Assembly (NCBI GenBank): GCA_039589315.1
Contig: JBDHHQ010000050.1
Coordinates: 1-35,388 of the forward strand
Source: Gemmatimonadota bacterium
GTDB taxonomy: Bacteria; Gemmatimonadota; Gemmatimonadetes; Longimicrobiales; Gaopeijiaceae
DNA length: 35,388 bases
Reading direction: 5' to 3'
The translations under genes and the position numbers were made by a program. This document shows positions 28,954 through 35,388 of the stretch, one piece after another. Below the pieces are notes generated by a model. The model did not search any database. It was not told the DNA's origin and saw only the letters and a program-made list of their open reading frames with translations. Each line of letters starts with the position of its first letter. The first letter of the stretch is position 1.

Positions 28954-29838
28954 ATGCGAGAGTTCGAGCTGCTCCAGGTGGACGCATTCGCGAGCGAGCC
29001 GCTGGCCGGGAATCCCTGTGCGGTGGTGCTGGACGCGGACGATCTCGATGAGGCCGTGATGCTTGCGGTGGCTCGGGAGATGAACCTCTCGGAGACTGCG
29101 TTCGTGACCCGTTCCAGCGTGGCGGACTTCGGCGTGCGCTACTTCACGCCAGCGGAGGAGATCCCGTTGGCCGGGCATCCCACCATCGCCACCGCCCGGG
29201 CCCTGGTGGATACCGGTCGGATCGCGCCGGGCCGCCCGTCCGTCACCCTGGAGCTGCGAGTGGGGCCCATTCACGTCGATCTCCACTGGCGAGGGGCGCA
29301 CCTCCACCGGGCCACGATGAGCCAGAAGCGACCGGCGTTTCTCCGGACTCACGCTCCGGAACGCGTGCTCCCGGTCTTCGGGCTCGAGGCGGAGGACCTG
29401 ATCCCGGGGGCTCCCATCCAGACGGTCAGCACGGGCACACCGCAGCTCATGATCCCGCTCCGGGGACTCGACCCCCTCCGGCGCGCCGGCGTCGATCACG
29501 TCGCGTATGCCCAGCTGCGGGAGGACGGCGACTTCTTCAGCCCCCACCTCTTTTGCCTGGACGGGTTCACCGACGGGGGAGACACGGCGGCCCGGCACTT
29601 CGGGACGCCTCCCGATCTGGTGGAAGACCCCTTCACGGGCTCGGCCACGGGAGGGATGGCCGCCTTCCTGTGGCACCACCGGCTGATCACGACACCCGAG
29701 TTGATGGCCGAGCAGGGACACTGGATGGGCCGGCCGGGTCGTGCCATGGTGGAGGTCGTGGGACCGCCCGACGACATGACCACCGTCCGTGTAGGTGGGG
29801 CCTCGGTGACCGTCCTGCGAGGCCATTTGACGATCTGA
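28954..29838 (+). CDS. PhzF family isomerase/epimerase
   Basis: QVDAFASEPLAGNPCAVV, AREMNLSETAF, RYFTPAEEIPLAGHPT, VSTGTPQL and EDPFTGSA motifs. Confidence 0.92.
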   Translation: MREFELLQVDAFASEPLAGNPCAVVLDADDLDEAVMLAVAREMNLSETAFVTRSSVADFGVRYFTPAEEIPLAGHPTIATARALVDTGRIAPGRPSVTLELRVGPIHVDLHWRGAHLHRATMSQKRPAFLRTHAPERVLPVFGLEAEDLIPGAPIQTVSTGTPQLMIPLRGLDPLRRAGVDHVAYAQLREDGDFFSPHLFCLDGFTDGGDTAARHFGTPPDLVEDPFTGSATGGMAAFLWHHRLITTPELMAEQGHWMGRPGRAMVEVVGPPDDMTTVRVGGASVTVLRGHLTI

Positions 29839-29851
29839 GGGGCTGGATCAC

Positions 29852-30361
29852 ATGGAGATCAGGGACGCCGAGAGCTTCGTGAGCTACTTCGACCGCGTGC
29901 GCGAGCGCACCCGCCGGGTCGTGGCCTGCATTCCGGAGGACCGGGTCGAGTGGACGCACCGGGAGGGGGCATTCACGCTGGGCGGCCTGGTCCGCCACCT
30001 CGGCGCCTCCGAGCGATACATGTGGGCCGAGAACGTCCAGGGCCGACCGAGCCGGTACCCGGGGTGCGGGCCCGAGCTGGCCCAGGGACTGGACGGCGTC
30101 ACGAGCTTCCTCGACCGCATGCACGCCGAGGCCCGGGAGATCTTCGCCAGCCTGACGTCCGAGGACCTGGAGCGTCGTTGCCCGACGCCGGGAGGCATCA
30201 TGCTACCCGCCTGGAAGTGGCTCCGGGCCATGGTGGAGCACGAGGTCCACCACCGAGGCCAGCTCTACACGATGCTCGGGATTCTGGGCGTCGAGACCCC
30301 TTCGCTCTACGGCCTCACAGAGCGCCAGGTCTTCGAGAACAGCGAGCCGCTGGAGGGTTGA
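29852..30361 (+). CDS. DinB family protein
   Basis: TLGGLVRHL and MVEHEVHHRGQLYTML (three-His site); GAGGGG SD. Confidence 0.88.
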   Translation: MEIRDAESFVSYFDRVRERTRRVVACIPEDRVEWTHREGAFTLGGLVRHLGASERYMWAENVQGRPSRYPGCGPELAQGLDGVTSFLDRMHAEAREIFASLTSEDLERRCPTPGGIMLPAWKWLRAMVEHEVHHRGQLYTMLGILGVETPSLYGLTERQVFENSEPLEG

Positions 30362-30523
30362 GGTGAGTCCGCGCCAGACTGCTCGGCCCCACGTCGAGGG
30401 TGTCGAGCGCGCCTCTCCAGGCGCACGCCGAGAGCCGCGGATCCTCGAGGTCGTCCTTTACCAGCACGACACGTCGGAAAGAGCGCGAGACGTTCGGGGC
30501 GGGGTGTATGGGCGACGCTTCTC

Positions 30524-30943
30524 TCACCCCTCCGGAGCCGGCAGCACCGCCGTGGCCTCGATCTCGACCAGGGCGTGAGGCTCCACCAGACGGCTGACCT
30601 CCACCAACGCCATGGCCGGGTAGCTCCGCCCCATGTGCGTGCGGTACACGGCCCCGAGCTCTCCGAGGCTCGCTCGGTACGCGTCCATGTCGCTCACGTA
30701 GACGGTCAGCCGGCCCACATGCTCAGGGCCTCCACCGGCCTCCTCAACCACCAGGAGGGACCGACGAAGCGCCTCACCGAATTGGTCGATAAAGGCCACG
30801 CCTGGCGGTACACGACCGGTCCCGTCCGCCGCCACCTGGCCAGCCACGAAGACGATGCGGCCGCCAGCGGGCGCCACCATGCCGTTGTTCCAGCCTCTGG
30901 GTTGCCCCAGGGCTTCCGGGTTCACGACGTCGAAGAAGGTCAT
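30524..30943 (-). CDS. Rid (YjgF/YER057c/UK114) family protein
   Basis: IVFVAGQVA and YPAMALVEVSRLVEPHALVEIEATA; ATGA overlap with the SDR stop. Confidence 0.9.
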   Translation of the reverse strand: MTFFDVVNPEALGQPRGWNNGMVAPAGGRIVFVAGQVAADGTGRVPPGVAFIDQFGEALRRSLLVVEEAGGGPEHVGRLTVYVSDMDAYRASLGELGAVYRTHMGRSYPAMALVEVSRLVEPHALVEIEATAVLPAPEG

Positions 30944-31716
30944 CCGAGGAATCCCCCCCCGTCGATCACCAGGGCCTGACCGTTCACCCCGGCCGCCTCT
31001 TCGGAACAGAGCGAGAGCACCGCGTGGGCCACTTCTTCGGGGGCGATCAGCCTTCGCTGGGGACTCGTCGCGAGGATGGCGGAGAGTGCGTCTTCGCGGC
31101 TCTTGCCCGTCTTCTCCACGATGCGGTCAACCGACGCCCGGGTCATCTCGGTGTCGACGTAACCCGGACAGACGGCGTTCGCGGTCACCCCCTTCAGAGC
31201 CACCTCCGCGGCCACCGCCCGCGTGAAGCCGATCACTGCATGCTTGGAGGCCGCATAGGCCGCGATGTAGGGCGCGCCCGTCAGGCCCGCCACCGAGGCG
31301 ACGTTGATGACGCGCCCCCACCCCCCTTCCACCATGGTGGGCAGGAACGCCTTGGTACACAGGAACGTGCCGGTGGCGTTCACCGCCATGATGCGTTCCC
31401 AATCCTGGAGGGTGATCCGGTGGATGGGCGCTGATACCGCCGTTCCCGCGTTGTTCACGAGGATCGAGACGGCGCCCAGATGGTCGCGCGCAGCTCGGGC
31501 GAGGGTGCCCACCGACTCGGCGTCGGTTACGTCCACGGCATGGGTGAAGGCCTCGCCACCGGACGCCGTGATCTCCTCCGCCACTCGCTCGAGCTCTTCG
31601 ATGGTGCGTGCCGAGACACAGACCCGGACACCGGCCTGGGCAAGCGCGAGCGCACACGCCCGACCGATTCCCCGTCCTCCACCGGTCACGACGGCCCCGT
31701 GTCCGGCGAGGCTCAA
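30940..31716 (-). CDS. SDR family NAD(P)-dependent oxidoreductase (3-hydroxyacyl-CoA dehydrogenase-like)
   Basis: TGGGRGIG, LVNNAG, S..YAASK and CPGYVDT motifs; TTGA overlap with the creatininase-family stop. Confidence 0.92.
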   Translation of the reverse strand: MSLAGHGAVVTGGGRGIGRACALALAQAGVRVCVSARTIEELERVAEEITASGGEAFTHAVDVTDAESVGTLARAARDHLGAVSILVNNAGTAVSAPIHRITLQDWERIMAVNATGTFLCTKAFLPTMVEGGWGRVINVASVAGLTGAPYIAAYAASKHAVIGFTRAVAAEVALKGVTANAVCPGYVDTEMTRASVDRIVEKTGKSREDALSAILATSPQRRLIAPEEVAHAVLSLCSEEAAGVNGQALVIDGGGFLG

Positions 31717-32426
31717 GGTAGCTCCATCGCTTCGACGACGGCGTCCTCCAGGATCGAGCCCAGGATCTCCACGACTTCCCGACCTTCTCCGATGGAGGCG
31801 TCAGCCGGCCAGCCAAAATAGGCGTCCGGCCCTCCCGCCTCCTGGAAGGTCTGTTTCCCCTTCTGGATCGCCTCCGAAAGCGAAGCGGGGTTCGGCGCCA
31901 GTCGCCTCCGAATCCCCTCGACGACGAGGGCCGGCCGCTCCGCCATGACCACCGAGCTCTCGTACCGGCCTGCGTGACAGGCGCCCGTCTTGAACTCCTC
32001 CGTCATTCGCAGCGCCCAGGGCACGCGGGTGAGATTGGGGAACACGAGCGTAATGCCGACCTCGTCCACCACCTTGGCCGCCGCAGTGATCGCCTCGAGA
32101 TGAGCCGGGTCGAGGTGGGCGTTCGCCACGGCAATCGTGCGGATACCATGGCGGCCCAGGCTCCTGGCGATGTCAGCGATCACATTCGACGCTGCCCGCG
32201 GCCACAGCGAGATCGTGCCGGGAAACTCGGCGGCGAATCTCGCGGTCGTGTACGGAAGTGCTCCGCCCTCCCGGGCCATCGCCTCCGCGATGATGTTGTC
32301 GGTGCTCAATGGAAGGTGGGGGCCGTGCGCCTCGATGGCCCCCACGGGAAGAAGTGCAACGGTCCTGGACTTGTCCAGGTCCTGCACGTCCTCCCACGTC
32401 ATCTCGGCTAGGGATCTTACGGACAT
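31713..32426 (-). CDS. Creatininase family amidohydrolase
   Basis: LAEMTWEDV, LLPVGAIEAHGPHLPLSTD, FPGTISL, NAHLD, HAGRYESS and YFGWPADAS motifs; ATG 32426. Confidence 0.88.
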   Translation of the reverse strand: MSVRSLAEMTWEDVQDLDKSRTVALLPVGAIEAHGPHLPLSTDNIIAEAMAREGGALPYTTARFAAEFPGTISLWPRAASNVIADIARSLGRHGIRTIAVANAHLDPAHLEAITAAAKVVDEVGITLVFPNLTRVPWALRMTEEFKTGACHAGRYESSVVMAERPALVVEGIRRRLAPNPASLSEAIQKGKQTFQEAGGPDAYFGWPADASIGEGREVVEILGSILEDAVVEAMELP

Positions 32427-32469
32427 CGGGGCCCCCGAGAGCGTGAGTGAGGAGCCTGTGCCGATCCGG

Positions 32470-32504
32470 TTGACCGACTTTCCGGCAGGCGGATATGATC
32501 CGCC
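32470..32504 (+). promoter_or_regulatory. Putative sigma70 promoter (leaderless) with overlapping palindrome, upstream of the aryl-CoA ligase
   Basis: TTGACC-18 nt-TATGAT-5 nt-ATG(32505); inverted repeat GGCGGAT-ATG-ATCCGCC at 32488-32504. Confidence 0.6.
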
Positions 32505-34115
32505 ATGATCTACCAGCCACCAGAGCACTTCAACATCGCCGACTACTTCCTGGACGCCCGCATCCGCGAGGGGAAGGGAGATCGGCCGGCGATCCGTACG
32601 GACGAGGACGTCCTCTCCTATCGGCAGGTCCAACGCCTGGCGAACCGATTCGGCAACGTTCTCACGGACGCCGGGGCCGAGGCGGAACAGCGTGTCATGA
32701 TCGCGCTGCCCGATGTCCCGGAGTTCGTGGGCGCCCTCTTCGGTGTGTTGAAGATTGGCGGGGTCGTGGTCATGGTCAACCCAGGGCTTCAGCCCGACGC
32801 GATCCGGGCCCTGGTGGAATACACGCGCGCCAAGGTCGTGGTGGTCCACGCGGGGCGCGCCGACGCTTTTCGGGAGGCCGTACAGGGACTGGTCCGACCG
32901 CCTCAACTCCTCGTGCTCGGCGAGGAGGAGCTGGACGGTGCGCTCGAGGCAGCCTCCGACACGCTCGAGACCTTCGACAGTCACCGTGACGACCCGGCCG
33001 TCTGGCTCTTCTCGGGGGGAACTACCGGACGGCCGAAGGCGGTGGTGCAGAGCCACACGTCCTTCGCGAACACGACCGAATGCTACGGCAAGGGCGTGCT
33101 GGGACTGACCGAGGCCGACATCACCCTCTCCGTGCCCAAGCTGTACTTCGGGTACGCCACGGGATCCAACCTCCTGTTCCCCTTCTCGGTGGGCGCCTCG
33201 TGCGCCCTGTTCACGGAGCGCTGCACGGCCGACGCCCTGTTCGAGAAGATCGCGCTGCACCGACCCACCCTGCTCGTCAACGTGCCCACGATGATCAACC
33301 ACATGGTGAGCCACCCCGACGCGTCGGCTCAGGACCTGTCCAGCCTGAGGATCTGCACCTCGGCCGGGGAAGCCCTTCCCGTGGACCTGCACGAGCGCTG
33401 GAACGCCGCCTTCGGGGTGGATCTGCTGGATGGCCTCGGCACCGCCGAGATGTGGCACATCTTCCTGTCCAACCGTCCGGGCGACGTACGCCCTGGCACG
33501 CTGGGCAGAGTCGTGCCGGGCTTCGAGGTGCGCATCTGCGACGACGACGGAGACGAGGTCCCGCCAGGCGAGGTGGGCTGGATGTGGGTGCGGGGGAACT
33601 CGCGAGCCGTGGGCTACTGGCAGAACATGGACAAGACCCGGGAGGCCTTCCGGGGCGAGTGGTACGCGTCCAACGACATGGTGGTTCGGGACGAGGAGGG
33701 CGTCTTCCGGTACTGCGGCCGTGGCGACGATATGCTCAAGGTGAGCGGCAAGTGGCTCTCACCCGGCGAGGTGGAGAACTGCCTGCTGCAACACCCCGCC
33801 GTCGAGGAGGTCGCCGTGGTGGGGGTCGAGGAGAGCACGGGGCTCGTCAAACCCCATGCCTTCGTGGTGGCGTCAGTGGCGACGTCCGATCCCAGGACAC
33901 CGTCCGATGACACGGCAACGCCCGGCAGGGCGACGCCCGAACGCCCAACCACATCCGTGCACACGACGACACCCGGTCTCGAGGACGAGCTCCAGGACTG
34001 GGTAAAGTCGCAGCTGGCGCCTTACAAGTACCCGCGCCGCGTGGTGCTCATGGACGAATTGCCTCGCACGCACCTGGGCAAGGTGGACCGCGGCGCGCTC
34101 AAGCGGCATCCGTGA
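32505..34115 (+). CDS. Benzoate-CoA ligase family protein, probable 2-aminobenzoate(anthranilate)-CoA ligase
   Basis: WLFSGGTTGRPK AMP-binding loop, KLYFGYATG, SAGEALP, DGLGTAEMWHIFLSN, GRGDDMLKVSG and LPRTHLGK; context with abmA, kynA and kynU. Confidence 0.88.
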   Translation: MIYQPPEHFNIADYFLDARIREGKGDRPAIRTDEDVLSYRQVQRLANRFGNVLTDAGAEAEQRVMIALPDVPEFVGALFGVLKIGGVVVMVNPGLQPDAIRALVEYTRAKVVVVHAGRADAFREAVQGLVRPPQLLVLGEEELDGALEAASDTLETFDSHRDDPAVWLFSGGTTGRPKAVVQSHTSFANTTECYGKGVLGLTEADITLSVPKLYFGYATGSNLLFPFSVGASCALFTERCTADALFEKIALHRPTLLVNVPTMINHMVSHPDASAQDLSSLRICTSAGEALPVDLHERWNAAFGVDLLDGLGTAEMWHIFLSNRPGDVRPGTLGRVVPGFEVRICDDDGDEVPPGEVGWMWVRGNSRAVGYWQNMDKTREAFRGEWYASNDMVVRDEEGVFRYCGRGDDMLKVSGKWLSPGEVENCLLQHPAVEEVAVVGVEESTGLVKPHAFVVASVATSDPRTPSDDTATPGRATPERPTTSVHTTTPGLEDELQDWVKSQLAPYKYPRRVVLMDELPRTHLGKVDRGALKRHP

Positions 34116-34237
34116 TGAACGTGGATCGACGCCCTCTCCGACGCCTCAAGTGAGCGCGGATCGTGCCACCCAGCGGCATTCCCCGATGGGAGCGGTGTCG
34201 CCGTGTACCTCCTCCGCTACAGAGACCGAGGGTTCCA

Positions 34238-34402
34238 ATGGCCTCGAAGCCCGTCCCTGAAGGCTACCATGCCGTTGCGCCCTACCTCTTGATGGGGGGC
34301 GTGCCAGACCTCATCGGTTTCCTCGGTCGGGCGTTCGAAGCCCGCGAGATCTCTCGCCTGGGCCGGTCCGACGGATCCGTCCCGAACCGTTGGGAGTGCT
34401 GA
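34238..34402 (+). pseudogene. Truncated VOC/PhnB-like (glyoxalase) gene remnant
   Basis: MASKPVPEGYHAVAPYLL..LIGFLGRAFEAREISR..DGSV matches the N-terminus of PhnB-like VOC proteins, then stops at 54 aa, before the expected HAE motif. Confidence 0.65.
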
Positions 34403-34408
34403 GAGCCC

Positions 34409-35383
34409 ATGCGCGCAACAGCGACAGACCGCGCCGACCTGATCATCACCGAGCTTCTCCGGGTGAGTCCCGGAGAACAGGTGGCCATCGTGCTGGATCG
34501 GTCCAGCGAGATGGAGATGGCCCACGCCCTCGCCGACGCCACGATGGCCACTGGCGGCGAATACACGTTCCTGACCATGCCGGACAGGGATACGGACCGG
34601 AAGAACGAGCTCACGCCGATAGTACAGCGCGGGCTCGAGGCGGCCGATGTGATCATCGGACTGACCCGTGCTTCAGGGGCTCCCACATACGCGGCGAGCG
34701 TGAAACGGCTTTTCGACGCCAAGCAGCTCCGCGGCATGTCCATGGTCATGCGCAGCATGGCCAACTTCACGGAAGGAGGGGCCCTGGCGGACTATGCGAC
34801 CCTGAAGGAGGAAGGCGACCGGCTGGCGGCGCTGTGGCGAACGGCGACTCGCATCCGACTCACCACGCCGGCTGGAACCGAGCTCGAGGCCGACATCGCC
34901 GGCGAGGACGTCATCGTCGAGTGCGGATACGCGACCGAGCCCGGTCAGGAGGCCGCTTTCAGCGATGGCGAGGTGTCACAGATGCCCTCGGAAGGAACCG
35001 CCCACGGCAGAATCGTGGTGGACGGTCCGGTGGCCCATCTAACCGGTGGCGACACGTACGAGCTCGAGGTCAGCCACGGCGCCGCAACGGGCTTGCTCGG
35101 CGACGGTCCTCGTGCCACCGGCCTGCGAGGCATCCTGGCAGCCACTCCCGACGCCGACAACATCGCCGAGATCGGGATCGGCCTGAACCCGTCCTGCCGC
35201 AGAAACGGCGATTTCGAGGAAGAGAAGAAGGCCCGCGGACTCGTGCACGTCGCCCTTGGCGACAACATCTTCTACGGCGGAACCGTCCGCTGCGCCGTGC
35301 ACATCGACCAGGTGTTGTACGCACCGTCGGTCTGGCTGGACGACCGGTTGGTCGTCGATGGAGGCGAGGTGGTGTTCGAGTGA
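34409..35383 (+). CDS. M29 / aminopeptidase T-like metallopeptidase
   Basis: IRLTTPAGTEL, DGEVSQMP, NIAEIGIGLNP, EEEKKARGLVHVALGDN and VHIDQV metal-ligand pattern. Confidence 0.8.
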   Translation: MRATATDRADLIITELLRVSPGEQVAIVLDRSSEMEMAHALADATMATGGEYTFLTMPDRDTDRKNELTPIVQRGLEAADVIIGLTRASGAPTYAASVKRLFDAKQLRGMSMVMRSMANFTEGGALADYATLKEEGDRLAALWRTATRIRLTTPAGTELEADIAGEDVIVECGYATEPGQEAAFSDGEVSQMPSEGTAHGRIVVDGPVAHLTGGDTYELEVSHGAATGLLGDGPRATGLRGILAATPDADNIAEIGIGLNPSCRRNGDFEEEKKARGLVHVALGDNIFYGGTVRCAVHIDQVLYAPSVWLDDRLVVDGGEVVFE

Positions 35384-35388
35384 GGGGC

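Noticed and set aside
28954..29838. Phenazine biosynthesis cluster
   Set aside because: Only a lone PhzF-family gene; no phzA/B, D, E or G.
32427..33458. Long N-terminal extensions in the ORF track (creatininase 581 aa; also DUF4105, msrA, kynA, kdnA, TBDT)
   Set aside because: The extensions overlap other genes or promoters; family similarity and SD/promoter signals point to the downstream starts reported.

Overview
GC-rich, gene-dense bacterial chromosomal segment with about 27 CDS and one truncated remnant. I see no rRNA, tRNA, CRISPR array or mobile element. Gram-negative; gene content suggests Gemmatimonadota or similar (inference only). The main theme is an apparently complete aerobic tryptophan -> kynurenine -> anthranilate -> anthraniloyl-CoA catabolic route: kynA, kynU, abmA-type monooxygenase/reductase, acyl-CoA dehydrogenase, crotonase, SDR, Rid protein, creatininase-family amidase and aryl-CoA ligase. 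These genes are co-oriented on the minus strand (ligase divergent) but split by unrelated blocks, and no kynB is present. The intervening blocks hold an Oar-like TonB-dependent receptor, a peptidoglycan-binding protein with a YkuD-like motif, kdnA/kdnB (Kdo8N) with a divergent CAT-like acetyltransferase, secreted peptidases, and a coupled pair of doubly membrane-anchored TAXI and Cache proteins lacking any permease or output domain. Several genes look leaderless. All family calls come from recognising motifs by eye, not from database searches.
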